Positions 21,888-31,344 of a stretch of 64,000 nucleotides of DNA are shown in pieces. The stretch is from Erysipelotrichaceae bacterium (GTDB lineage Bacteria; Bacillota_I; Bacilli_A; Erysipelotrichales; Erysipelotrichaceae). Each line of letters opens with the position of its first letter. Position 1 is the first letter of the stretch. A program made the position numbers and the translations under genes. The notes beneath the pieces were generated by a model. The model made no database searches, was not told the origin of the DNA, and saw only the letters and a list, made by a program, of their open reading frames with translations. The stretch is taken from NCBI GenBank assembly GCA_019415435.1, contig DXZE01000001.1:12426-76425 (forward strand), written 5' to 3'.

Positions 21888-22487
21888 TTACTTACAAGTA
21901 GTAATATTATGTCCTGTTGCATTGTGATGAACAACATGAGAAGTGGCTTCATGGTGTACTGTTTTATATGTTGCATCGTGATGGACGGTCTGGTAAGTAG
22001 GTTCGGATTGAAAGCTCTCGGCACCATGTACGTCCCATGTGTGGTCTTCTATAGCTGAAATTGAATAGAATTTCTGGTGACAAAAATCGCATATATATAC
22101 TTCGCCAGAAACTACTTGTTCGTCCCATGCTGGCTGATCCACAACTGTTTCATCCCATGCTGCTTTATCCTGTACCCATGTTGTGGTACAAGTCTGTTTA
22201 TGTGTAGTTCCACCTGATCCTTTATTACTATTGGAGTTATTGGTGGTTGCAGACTGACTACCGGATGACTTATTTTTATTACCAGATGCTTGATTATTGC
22301 CGGATGTATTCTTATCCGCAGACGAATTATTGTTCTTATTAGTGTTTTGTGTTTCCTTTGGTTCTGTATTTACCTTCTTTTCTGTTTCCTTCTCACTATC
22401 CGCTGTCGCTGTTGCAGATGGTGAAGGTGTTGCCTTATTTAATTCATCTAGTTTTTTCTGATAGCCTTCAATATTAGTCTTTAACAC
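21888..22487 (-). CDS. Hypothetical N/S/T-rich protein with a C-terminal Cys/His module, probably the distal part of a gene split at 22511-22516
   Basis: It has a GTG start with no RBS and an N/S/T low-complexity linker. The tail contains AWDE[TQ]VV x2, CDFCHQKFYSISAIEDHTWDVH (C-x2-C-x12-H-x4-H) and three VHH-type repeats. Confidence 0.6.
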   Translation of the reverse strand: MLKTNIEGYQKKLDELNKATPSPSATATADSEKETEKKVNTEPKETQNTNKNNNSSADKNTSGNNQASGNKNKSSGSQSATTNNSNSNKGSGGTTHKQTCTTTWVQDKAAWDETVVDQPAWDEQVVSGEVYICDFCHQKFYSISAIEDHTWDVHGAESFQSEPTYQTVHHDATYKTVHHEATSHVVHHNATGHNITTCK

Positions 22488-22921
22488 TTTAATTGTTGAA
22501 TTATATTTACTTTTTTGTCGGCATCATCAACATCTTTTACTTCTTCCTGTAATGCAGACAGATATTTATTTGCTGCTTCGTTTGCTGTTTTATAAACCTT
22601 CTGCTTTTCATCATCAGTAGACTTGTCATTGAGTGTTTCTACTTCCTTTACACTCTTTTCATAAGATGCCTTTGCATCCTTTAATGCTGCTGATTCTTTA
22701 ACTGTTGTTGCAGCTACTGGTGTAGGTGTTGCATCGGCACTATTGACCGTCTTATTGATATTTGCCATTACAACTGTGCAACAAATAGCCACTACAACAA
22801 GGCAGACAATTACAACGCAAAGTGCTTTCTCGTACTTAGGAGCGTTTTTAAACGCACCTGTCACCTTTTGAAACCATTGTTTTACTTTCCCAGATTCTTT
22901 CTTTTTGTTCTTTTCTGTCAT
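22481..22921 (-). CDS. Hypothetical membrane-anchored coiled-coil protein, probably the proximal part of the same split gene
   Basis: It has a basic N-terminus, one TM helix (ALCVVIVCLVVVAICCTVVMA) and a K/E-rich helical region. A GAGGAAGG RBS precedes the ATG. Confidence 0.65.
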   Translation of the reverse strand: MTEKNKKKESGKVKQWFQKVTGAFKNAPKYEKALCVVIVCLVVVAICCTVVMANINKTVNSADATPTPVAATTVKESAALKDAKASYEKSVKEVETLNDKSTDDEKQKVYKTANEAANKYLSALQEEVKDVDDADKKVNIIQQLKC

Positions 22922-23037
22922 AAATTTTTTCCTTCCTCGACTTGGTTAGTTTTTGCAGATTCTGCTTTAGTTATTTTAAGAAGTTGTCTTCGCTAATACA
23001 TACAGAAAGGATCACTCAATTCTCTCCTGAAGGAATA

Positions 23038-23337
23038 TTATTTCTTTCTGCCGTTTTCAACTACAGAAAATCTGTATGGTGATTTCTTCAGCTGTGTATC
23101 TGCTGTCTGATACCTGGCAGTGACTGTTTTTATTGCAGACTGTGCCAACTGTGATTTCAGACCAAATTCAGAACGCAATGTCCTGTAAAGCTTTTTACTG
23201 AGAAGATTTGAATTGATGTTCAAATCGTGACTGAAAATGTATTCTGATATGTAATTGCAGGCCTGTGCATACTGATATGTCATTTCAGAAAAAGCCAGAT
23301 CCATGTCAGCGGTAATACCATTCAGTTTGATTTTCAT
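23038..23337 (-). pseudogene. tnpB: N-terminal fragment (about 100 aa) of a tnpB
   Basis: MKIKLNGITADMDLAFSEMTYQYAQACNYISEYIF...LYRTLRSEFGLKSQLAQSAIKTVTARYQT is a typical N-terminus of one TnpB lineage. It ends at KKSPYRFSVVENGRKK-stop. Confidence 0.8.
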
Positions 23338-23419
23338 TGTTTCGCCAATCTGCATAAAATATGTTCCTTTCATTACATATATCAAAGTTCTGTAGTGAAA
23401 CAAAGTGAAAAGGAGCTTA

Positions 23420-23645
23420 ATGATACAGAAACCATTACTGTCTGGAAATGTTTCGTCAGTTGTAAAAAAGAATAACTGGGAAATCCTGGCAATGGAGACA
23501 GATGTCGGTCATATTCATGTATTACTGGAATACGATACTAGAATACTGGAAAAAGAAAATATTCCGGTCTGATGGGTACTTTGCATACAGCATTGGAGAA
23601 GTATCAGAAAGTACGATACAGCATTACATCAAAAATCAAGGCTGA
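23420..23645 (+). pseudogene. tnpA: IS200/IS605 Y1 transposase tnpA, truncated and frameshifted
   Basis: Frame 1 reads ...WEILAMETDVGHIHVLLEYDT (HUH motif) and then stops. A second frame reads LEYWKKKIFRSDGYFAYSIGEVSESTIQHYIKNQG-stop, the TnpA C-terminus. The N-terminal strand is missing. Confidence 0.8.
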
Positions 23646-23662
23646 CTTACAGGTGTTTCCTC

Positions 23663-23683
23663 CCACGGTCTAAAGACACGTGG
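23663..23683. repeat. Subterminal hairpin, a candidate left-end structure of the decayed IS
   Basis: The hairpin is ccacggtc-taaa-gac(a)cgtgg and lies 18 nt after the tnpA pseudogene stop. Confidence 0.45.
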
Positions 23684-23852
23684 ATTTCCACACCGCTATT
23701 TTTATGAAAAAACAGTAACGAACACTCTCGGCTTTTATGTCGGTTGGAAACCGGGTTTCGTTGCTGCAGGAATATTTTATGCGTTTATATTAAAGCTGTA
23801 AAGAGGTCAGAAACACTCTGTATAGATTTGAAACATTGTGTATACAGGCATT

Positions 23853-23877
23853 AAAAAAAGCTGCCTTATGGCAGCTT
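23853..23877 (-). terminator. Intrinsic terminator of ftsZ
   Basis: The stem aagctgcc/ggcagctt has a ttat loop, and the minus strand carries a T7 run. Confidence 0.8.
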
Positions 23878-23889
23878 ATACATATAAAC

Positions 23890-25017
23890 TTAGTTCTTTC
23901 GGAAGAAGCCAGGGATGACATTATCATCTTCATCGTCATCATCAGAGACACCGAATGTTACATCATCGACATCATCTTCTGCGACAACATTGTCATTCTT
24001 CTTTGTGTTATCAGCCTTGGATCCAGCAGATACAGGACTCTTTTCAGAAGCAGGTCCATCGCTAGGAATCATATCAGGCTTTGGAAGATCAAATCCTGTT
24101 GCGATCACAGATACGATGATGGAATCACCAATCTTATCATTGATGGCAACACCGAAGATGATATCAATATCATTTCCAGCTGCCTGTCTGATATAATCAA
24201 CTGCTTCACTTGCATCATAAGCGGACATTGTAGCACCACCGGTTACGTTGATGATGGCACTCTTTGCGCCCTGGATAGAAGCTTCCAGTAATGGACACTG
24301 AATAGCTCTTTCAGCAGCTTCCTTGGCCTTGTCATCGCCATCAGCCATACCAATTCCGAATAATGCAGAACCCTGTCCTTCCATGACGGACTTGATATCC
24401 GCAAAGTCAAGGTTGATCATTGCCGGTACAGCAATCAGATCAGTGATTGTCTGAACACCCTGACGCAGGATGTTATCTGCTTCCTTGAATGCATCTTCGA
24501 ATGGAATATGACCGATAACTTCCAATACCTTGTTATTGGAGATAATGATCAGAGAATCTACATATTCCTTTAACTGTTCCAGACCCTGTTCAGCCTGAAT
24601 CATTCTCTTCTTGCCTTCAAATGAGAATGGCTTTGTGACGATACCCACGGTCAGACATCCCATTTCCTTGGCTACCTTGGCAAATAATGGAGCAGCACCA
24701 GTTCCGGTTCCACCACCCATTCCAGCTGTGAGGAACACCATATCTGCACCTTCCATTGCCTGACGGATTGCATCTTCTGATTCAACTGCAGCCTTACGTC
24801 CATTATCCGGATTACCTCCGGCACCAAGGCCTTCCTTACCAAGCTGAATCTTGTTTGCAACCGGCGAAATATCCAGTGCCTGCAGGTCTGTATTTGCTAC
24901 ATAGAACTCTACACCCTGCACGCCTTCCTGTACCATACGGTTTACCGCATTGCTTCCGGCACCGCCGATACCGAAAACTTTGATCTTTGCTATCTGGTTA
25001 TACTCTAAATCTGCCAT
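23890..25017 (-). CDS. ftsZ: Cell division protein FtsZ
   Basis: It has the [10 protein letters not shown] tubulin signature and an acidic linker ending in the IPGFFRKN C-terminal peptide. Confidence 0.97.
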   Translation of the reverse strand: MADLEYNQIAKIKVFGIGGAGSNAVNRMVQEGVQGVEFYVANTDLQALDISPVANKIQLGKEGLGAGGNPDNGRKAAVESEDAIRQAMEGADMVFLTAGMGGGTGTGAAPLFAKVAKEMGCLTVGIVTKPFSFEGKKRMIQAEQGLEQLKEYVDSLIIISNNKVLEVIGHIPFEDAFKEADNILRQGVQTITDLIAVPAMINLDFADIKSVMEGQGSALFGIGMADGDDKAKEAAERAIQCPLLEASIQGAKSAIINVTGGATMSAYDASEAVDYIRQAAGNDIDIIFGVAINDKIGDSIIVSVIATGFDLPKPDMIPSDGPASEKSPVSAGSKADNTKKNDNVVAEDDVDDVTFGVSDDDDEDDNVIPGFFRKN

Positions 25018-25035
25018 GTCCTTACCTCTTGCCTG

Positions 25036-26301
25036 TTATTTCTTCCCCTCAAGGAACAATCCCTTCAGTTTACTTGTAATCGTATCTTCTTTGTTTGTGC
25101 TGCCGGGTGTCTTATCCCGGTACGAAACAGCTTTTTCAAATGCATCCATATCCAGACTGTCTTCTGCATATCCATATACAGGCATCTTATCCTGATATGC
25201 ATAAAAAAGTCCGAGCGCAGCAGTCAGTCCTGCATTCCTTCCACCTAATGTATCAGGAATATAATACCGGACTTCCGTCTGCAGTCTGTCTCTGATGAGA
25301 TGATCCAGACCCTCTGTTTCGCCGCCTTCGCCTGTAATAATAACAGTTGTTTCACCAGCTTGCAAGATTGGCTCACAAGTCTTCTGGATCGCATTCAGCC
25401 ATAAATCAACGTCATTTCTGACACAGTCAACAAGCTGCTGTTCACTGATCGTATGTGTTTTTCCTTCTGCGCTCCATATATGTACAGGATTGGAAGAGCA
25501 TACCTTCTGATCCAGTCGCACTGAATACTTTAACAGCTCTACTGCTGTATTTACAGGTATGCCATACTTTTCAACAACCGGCTGTACCAGAGTACCGATG
25601 CCTGTAGGCATCACGGCTGCAGTCATCAGTCTTCCCTTTCTTAATAAGCCAAGCGTTGTATTGTATCTTTCAACCTTCAATACAACAACCTGCTTGTTAA
25701 CAGACTGTTCAAACAAAGCTGCTTCCTTGCCTACAGCATAGATATCAGGGAAGATATCCAATACCTGTAGTCCTGCTTTTTCTACGCATGTAACTAAGTC
25801 ATAGGAAAGCTTTCTGTCTGCACATAAGAGATCAATGTCTACTGACATCTGATCACATTTCTCTCCTAATGGAATTCTTCTTGTGGCTATTCCATTAATA
25901 ATATATTTCACACATACTGTCTGGATTAAAGCGTATTCCTTACCAATACTGACACTCTCTGCTTTTTCCACAGCATTGCGTACATCTTGGATCGTGATTT
26001 TTCCATCAATGCCATCAATATTAACTGTGGAACGTACCGAATAACGCTTTAAACGATAAGACGGCATAGCCAGTAATATCTTTTTAATATCAGCGCCAAG
26101 CATCTTCTTCGTATTCTCAGCTGCCTTCTTCAATGCACCGGTAATTGCTTCGGCATTGACTACCTTATTAAATGAGAGACCATCACATGGAATCCGCTCT
26201 ACTTTAATAATATTGAATCTGGTATTGAAAAACTCGCCAACGATCAGGCGAACCTCATGGTCAGAAATTTCTGTTGCAGCAAATATCTGTTTATCGCTCA
26301 T
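25036..26301 (-). CDS. ftsA: Cell division protein FtsA
   Basis: It is actin-like, sits immediately upstream of ftsZ, and has a C-terminal amphipathic tail. The ATG at 26301 lies after an AAGGAG RBS. I rejected the ORF-track start at 26361. Confidence 0.92.
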   Translation of the reverse strand: MSDKQIFAATEISDHEVRLIVGEFFNTRFNIIKVERIPCDGLSFNKVVNAEAITGALKKAAENTKKMLGADIKKILLAMPSYRLKRYSVRSTVNIDGIDGKITIQDVRNAVEKAESVSIGKEYALIQTVCVKYIINGIATRRIPLGEKCDQMSVDIDLLCADRKLSYDLVTCVEKAGLQVLDIFPDIYAVGKEAALFEQSVNKQVVVLKVERYNTTLGLLRKGRLMTAAVMPTGIGTLVQPVVEKYGIPVNTAVELLKYSVRLDQKVCSSNPVHIWSAEGKTHTISEQQLVDCVRNDVDLWLNAIQKTCEPILQAGETTVIITGEGGETEGLDHLIRDRLQTEVRYYIPDTLGGRNAGLTAALGLFYAYQDKMPVYGYAEDSLDMDAFEKAVSYRDKTPGSTNKEDTITSKLKGLFLEGKK

Positions 26302-26519
26302 GAAGTCTCCTTTCAAACAACATATTAAGTTTATCACAAAAAAAGGCAGATAAAACAACACAATGACATAATGTTTCAGATATTCATGCTGAAATCAGAC
26401 ACTGTATTCAGTTTAACCATTTCATTTATTTACTCTCTGGAAGTTCATTTTTCTATTGCAAACAGGCCTGTTCTATGTTAAATTAATCAAGCATTTATGA
26501 GCGAAGGAGGTTATGGTAT

Positions 26520-26726
26520 ATGTCAAGAGTTTGTGCCGTATCCGGTAAGAAAGCGTTAAGTGGAAACAGACGTTCTCATTCTCTGCGTGCTACAAGAAGA
26601 CGCTGGGATGTCAATCTGCAGAAAGTTCATATGATTATTGATGGCAAACCACAGACAGTCAGAGTTTCTGCACGTACATTAAAGACACTGAAGTCCAAGA
26701 ACGCCAAGGCAGTAGTCAAGGCCTGA
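26520..26726 (+). CDS. rpmB: 50S ribosomal protein L28
   Basis: [29 protein letters not shown] is a canonical L28 sequence. A GAAGGAGG RBS precedes it. Confidence 0.95.
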   Translation: MSRVCAVSGKKALSGNRRSHSLRATRRRWDVNLQKVHMIIDGKPQTVRVSARTLKTLKSKNAKAVVKA

Positions 26727-26737
26727 GTCAGGATATA

Positions 26738-26767
26738 AAAAGAGATTCCTTATGGAATCTTTTTTTA
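26738..26767. terminator. Bidirectional terminator between rpmB and thiN
   Basis: The stem aaagagattcc/ggaatcttttt has a ttat loop and is flanked by A and T runs. Confidence 0.75.
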
Positions 26768-27373
26768 TGCCTGATCCTTTGTCTGCATGACCAGCACTTT
26801 TCCTTCATGAACATGCAGGATACCTGTATCCCCTGTTATTTCATTCGATACGGTATAGAGATCCTGTTGGGTTAATGTACGGTGATCCAAAGGATATGCA
26901 AAGCCATCTAAGGTAATAACTGCCTTTGTATCGGTAAAGAAAGAAATATAAGGATACTCTTTTTTAGAGATTGTATAGTCTCCTTCTTTTACAGCATGAA
27001 TCAGATTGCATCGATCATGAAGCCATATAATACCCGGATACTTCATCGCAATACGCAGATTGATCAGAGAATGATCCATTCTGGCACCTGTTGCCCCACA
27101 TAACCATATTTCATCATAGCCACGATCCATAGCCGCATGAATAGCTGCCTCCGCGTCTGTATTATCCTTGATAGGATTTAACTCCACCACTTCATCCGCA
27201 TAAGCTCTTATCTTTTTCAGATCTGCTTTATCTATGGAATCAAAGTCTCCTATGGCAAGCTTCATATGGATACCTAGATCCGCTAATTCCAAAGCACCTT
27301 TATCAGCACCGATGAAATCCCCATCCAGGGATTTGAAGTCATCCTGAAGCTTTAAGGCTATTAAAGCGCGCAT
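26765..27373 (-). CDS. thiN: Thiamine diphosphokinase
   Basis: It has GDFDS and KDNTDAE motifs and occupies the last position of the rpe-thiN block. Confidence 0.88.
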   Translation of the reverse strand: MRALIALKLQDDFKSLDGDFIGADKGALELADLGIHMKLAIGDFDSIDKADLKKIRAYADEVVELNPIKDNTDAEAAIHAAMDRGYDEIWLCGATGARMDHSLINLRIAMKYPGIIWLHDRCNLIHAVKEGDYTISKKEYPYISFFTDTKAVITLDGFAYPLDHRTLTQQDLYTVSNEITGDTGILHVHEGKVLVMQTKDQA

Positions 27374-28011
27374 AGTGATGCTGCTGCCTTCCTGATATCA
27401 TTCTTGAAGATATAGCTGCCAGCTACCAGTACATCTACACCAGCATCTGCACAAAGCTTACCTGTTTCCAGATTAATACCGCCATCTACTTCTAACAATG
27501 CTTTGGAGTCAGCCCTCGTACACATATCCTTAATGGCAGCGATTCTTCCCGGAGCTTCTTCCTGGAACTTCTGACCGCCAAAGCCCGGTTCTACACTCAT
27601 GACAAGTATCAGATCTGCTTCATTAAGAAATGGCTGTAATACCGATACATCTGTATGAGGACGGATAGAGATACCTGCTTTCTTTCCACGTTTATGAATC
27701 TTATCAAACAGATGATGTATCTTTTCTTCACCGTCTAATGCTTCATAGTGAAAAGTCACTATATCAGCACCTGCATCAATAAATATATCGGAATAATATT
27801 CCGGATCAGATACCATCAGATGTACGTCTTTTACTAAAGAACTGGATCTGCAGAAAGCCTTCAGAATATCTGGTCCAAAAGTAATGTTAGGCACAAAGTG
27901 TCCATCCATGACATCATAGTGAATCCATTCCGCTTTAGAATCATTCAATGCTTCTATCTGTCCCTTTGTATCACTGTAATCCAGTGATAATACGCTTGGC
28001 GCAACTATCAT
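27361..28011 (-). CDS. rpe: Ribulose-phosphate 3-epimerase
   Basis: It has the motifs IAPSVLS, HYDVMDGHFVPN and VMSVEPGFGGQKF. Confidence 0.95.
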   Translation of the reverse strand: MIVAPSVLSLDYSDTKGQIEALNDSKAEWIHYDVMDGHFVPNITFGPDILKAFCRSSSLVKDVHLMVSDPEYYSDIFIDAGADIVTFHYEALDGEEKIHHLFDKIHKRGKKAGISIRPHTDVSVLQPFLNEADLILVMSVEPGFGGQKFQEEAPGRIAAIKDMCTRADSKALLEVDGGINLETGKLCADAGVDVLVAGSYIFKNDIRKAAASLCAL

Positions 28012-28880
28012 CAGTACTTTACCTTCCTCTCCTGTATGATCTGCAATACCTGCAGATAATCCTCATATCTTGTTTCAGGTACTTCACCGCGTTCTACAGC
28101 CTCTTTAATGGCACAATCAGGTTCATTCTGATGAATGCAGTCATTAAAACGGCACTTGCCTATATATGGCACAAAATCAGGTACATAGTTACCTAATTCA
28201 TCCGCTTCTATATGGGAGAAATCCAGGGAAGAAAAACCTGGTGTATCGGCGACTAATCCTCCTGCAACAGAATGCAGTTCATTGTGTCTTGTGGTATGTC
28301 TGCCTCTGCCTAAGGCTTTGGATATCTCTTGCGTAGCTAAATGGAATGATGGTTCTAACTGGTTTAATAAGGTACTCTTGCCTGCCCCAGACTGTCCTGT
28401 TAAGACAGATACCTTTCCTTTTAAAAATCCGGCAAGAGAAGGATCTAAAGAGCCCTTGGCAGTACGGATAACCTGCATTGGTCCTCTTTCATATTCCTCA
28501 ATATGCTTTTCAGTTCGTTCATCAATGCCAAGATCACACTTTGTGACTATTAACATAGGCTTTAAACCACTTGCCATAATTAACATGCTTAAGCGGTCTA
28601 TTAAAACAGGTGAAAAGTCAGGATCTTTTACACTCATGACAATCAATACCTGATCAACATTTGCGACAGCTGGCCTGCGCATGGAGTTCTTACGGGGAAG
28701 AATCTTTTCTATAACCCAGCGGTTATCTGTATAGTTACACATAACCATATCCCCTGTAACAGGTACTGACTGACGACGTATCTTTCCTGTCAGAATTGCA
28801 TCATAGCGGTTATTGTCTTCATCCAGAACTGTATATTCCTTGGAAACAATCTTTATAATTCTAGCCTTCATATCCACCAT
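28011..28880 (-). CDS. rsgA: Ribosome small-subunit-dependent GTPase A
   Basis: It has a circularly permuted GTPase (TKCDL then GQSGAGKSTL) and a C-terminal zinc knuckle (CRFNDCIHQNEPDC). Confidence 0.93.
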   Translation of the reverse strand: MVDMKARIIKIVSKEYTVLDEDNNRYDAILTGKIRRQSVPVTGDMVMCNYTDNRWVIEKILPRKNSMRRPAVANVDQVLIVMSVKDPDFSPVLIDRLSMLIMASGLKPMLIVTKCDLGIDERTEKHIEEYERGPMQVIRTAKGSLDPSLAGFLKGKVSVLTGQSGAGKSTLLNQLEPSFHLATQEISKALGRGRHTTRHNELHSVAGGLVADTPGFSSLDFSHIEADELGNYVPDFVPYIGKCRFNDCIHQNEPDCAIKEAVERGEVPETRYEDYLQVLQIIQERKVKY

Positions 28881-30601
28881 TAATAGTAATAAAGCGTGAC
28901 ATAGTTATCGTCTGTCTGGGTAAAGGATGTACCTGCGGCAGGATCACACTCTACAACAACCCCAACTGTTAGTTCATCCAATTCTTCCTGGGTCATCTGA
29001 GTTGTATCACGGGCTGAAGTACGTACTTCTAATCCCATGCCTTCTAACTCTGCGGCGGCAGAGTTAATATCCATTCCCATGATATCCGTAGGAATTGTTA
29101 CAGTTGGATAAGCACTGTAGACAAGGGTGATCTGGGCAGCTTTTGAAGGATCAAATAGCTGACCTGCTTCCAACTGTTCCTGGCGAATGATTGTACCAGG
29201 TGTCTCCGAGCTGGATTCTTCTTCTGCAGTAATCTTTAGATACGGATATTTATCTTCCAGATCTTTTTCTACATCCGTTATATTCTGACCAGTATAGTCA
29301 TCTGCCTTAACGCCAATACCACTGGAAACAGTGATCGTGGCAGTTGTGTCTTTATTTACGGAAGTACCGGATTCAGGATCAGATGAAATAATGAGGCCAG
29401 AAGCTGTATCGGTTGTTAATTCATAGGTAATATGTTCCTTATCTAATGTAACGCCAGCTTCATTACATGCATCTGCGGCTTCTTCTATCGTCATACCGGT
29501 AATATCCGGCATTGTATGCTCGCCAAAGGAGATCGTACCATTACGAACCATGTTGTATAAAACAGCACTGCCTGCCCCAAGTAAAATAACCAGAACCATA
29601 ATGATAACCAGCACTTTTGTATTACGGGTATGCTTTGGCTTTACCGGCTGCTTTTCACTTGTACGGTGTGTTTCCGGTTTATAATTTCTCTCTTCTTTTT
29701 CTTCCGGATGCTTTTCTGTTCTTGCATTATTGTTTTCTTTGACTACAGGTTTTAATACAAGTTTTCTTTCATTCAGTCTTTCTGGTCTTAAGCATGTCGA
29801 AACATCTCTTAACATCTCATCACAACTGCGATAGCGCTGATTAGGATCCTTGGCAGTCGCTCTTGTGATAATGTTTTCTACAGACTGCGGAACTGAAGAA
29901 TTAACAGCCCTGATCGAAGGCATTGGTTCACGCATATGCTTTAAGGCTATCTGAACAGCCTGATCAGCCTTAAAAGGCACATCCCCTGCGAGCATTTCAT
30001 AGAAACAGATACCTAAGGCATAGATATCGGATTGTGGAGAAGCTTTTTCTCCACGTGCAAGTTCAGGAGCCAGATAGTGAACAGATCCCATGACATTATT
30101 TGCCTGGGTTAACTGCATCGATCCCTTGGCAGTCGCAATACCAAAGTCAAGAATCTTTATAGAACCATCTGCTTTAACGATGACGTTCTGCGGCTTTAAG
30201 TCACGATGAATGATGCCGCGGCTGTGCGCTTCTGCGATAGCTGAACACATCTGTTTCATGATATCCACGGCTTCTTCTGTAACTAATGGTCCACGGGAGC
30301 GTATAACCTGTTTTAAAGTCTTGCCAGGGACATATTCCATGACGATAAAGTGATGTCCCTTATAATCACCTACATCATAGATTTCTACGATATTCGGATG
30401 AGCTAAGGCTGCGGCAGCCTGGGCTTCTCTTTCAAAGCGGAGAATACTGACCGCATCTGTAGATAAATCCGCACGTAAGATCTTGATCGCTACCTGACGA
30501 TTTAAGATCGTATCTACTGCCAGGAAAACGTCAGCCATGCCTCCTTGACCAAGGTGAGAAACGACTTCATAACGATTGGCAATTACATTTTTCTTATTCA
30601 T
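28880..30601 (-). CDS. prkC: Ser/Thr protein kinase with extracellular PASTA repeats
   Basis: It has the Hanks kinase motifs HRDLKPQN and DFGIA, one TM helix, and repeated PASTA-like C-terminal modules. Confidence 0.93.
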   Translation of the reverse strand: MNKKNVIANRYEVVSHLGQGGMADVFLAVDTILNRQVAIKILRADLSTDAVSILRFEREAQAAAALAHPNIVEIYDVGDYKGHHFIVMEYVPGKTLKQVIRSRGPLVTEEAVDIMKQMCSAIAEAHSRGIIHRDLKPQNVIVKADGSIKILDFGIATAKGSMQLTQANNVMGSVHYLAPELARGEKASPQSDIYALGICFYEMLAGDVPFKADQAVQIALKHMREPMPSIRAVNSSVPQSVENIITRATAKDPNQRYRSCDEMLRDVSTCLRPERLNERKLVLKPVVKENNNARTEKHPEEKEERNYKPETHRTSEKQPVKPKHTRNTKVLVIIMVLVILLGAGSAVLYNMVRNGTISFGEHTMPDITGMTIEEAADACNEAGVTLDKEHITYELTTDTASGLIISSDPESGTSVNKDTTATITVSSGIGVKADDYTGQNITDVEKDLEDKYPYLKITAEEESSSETPGTIIRQEQLEAGQLFDPSKAAQITLVYSAYPTVTIPTDIMGMDINSAAAELEGMGLEVRTSARDTTQMTQEELDELTVGVVVECDPAAGTSFTQTDDNYVTLYYY

Positions 30602-31344
30602 CGTTTCTCTCCTTCCATATCAATTAAAACAATTGTGACATTATCAAAACCACCTGCATCTAAAGCAGATTTTAATAATTTTCTTGCCCGTAAGGCAGGA
30701 TCTGAAGAATGGTCTAAAAGAATCTCATTGATTCTTTCACTATCTACATATGCATGAAGACCATCCGAGCATAACATCATGCCATCCATATCTTCCTGAT
30801 GCAGATCAATATCACTTCTGACATTCTCCCATACACCAAGGGCATTGGTTAAAACATTCTTCTTCGGATAGTTCTTTGCTTCTTCAAGGGTTAATTCACC
30901 ATGTAAAAGCATGTCATTGACTAAAGAATGATCCGTTGTTAACTGTCTGACTCTGCCATCATGGAACCATGCATAGCATCTGGAATCACCGATATTGACT
31001 ACCATCTTGCCAAACTGTGTGATCATTACACCGCATAAGGTTGTACCCATACCTTTAAATCGGGAATGGGATTGCCCATAGGCATAGATCTGACGGTTGG
31101 CTTCCTTAACCGCATCAGAAATCCATTTTCTGGTCTGATCCGGTTCTGTAAAAGCTTCGGTTTCACTAAAAGCCTTGGAAAAGAAACGCACAGCCATACG
31201 GCTGGCAATATCTCCGCCAAGATTACCGCCGATACCATCCGCAACAATCGCAAAAACATCATCAGCACTGTTAGCCGCAATGACATAACTGTCCTGATTG
31301 GATGATCTGATCAGTCCTTTATCTGTGATTCCGTAATATTTCAT
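30598..31344 (-). CDS. prpC: PP2C-family Ser/Thr phosphatase
   Basis: It has the motifs RSSNQDS, VADGIGG and LCSDGL, and is translationally coupled to prkC. Confidence 0.93.
   Translation of the reverse strand: MKYYGITDKGLIRSSNQDSYVIAANSADDVFAIVADGIGGNLGGDIASRMAVRFFSKAFSETEAFTEPDQTRKWISDAVKEANRQIYAYGQSHSRFKGMGTTLCGVMITQFGKMVVNIGDSRCYAWFHDGRVRQLTTDHSLVNDMLLHGELTLEEAKNYPKKNVLTNALGVWENVRSDIDLHQEDMDGMMLCSDGLHAYVDSERINEILLDHSSDPALRARKLLKSALDAGGFDNVTIVLIDMEGEKR

Larger units (their letters stand above)
20555..23690 (-). mobile_element. Decayed IS200/IS605-family element(s) bracketing 1.4 kb of unrelated DNA
   Basis: It combines the tnpA pseudogene, two non-contiguous tnpB fragments in the same orientation, the omega-RNA-like tail and the end hairpin. 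The boundaries are approximate. Confidence 0.7.

Noticed and set aside
23700-23760. The imperfect inverted repeat cagtaacgaa...ttcgttgctg just beyond the decayed IS end.
   Set aside because: It is a single occurrence with one mismatch, has no U-tract and no adjacent gene. It could be part of the IS end or random, and the evidence is too thin to call.
23836-24291. 151-aa and 93-aa plus-strand ORFs overlapping ftsZ.
   Set aside because: They are antisense to the conserved ftsZ gene, their composition is driven by the acidic FtsZ tail, and they have no start context.
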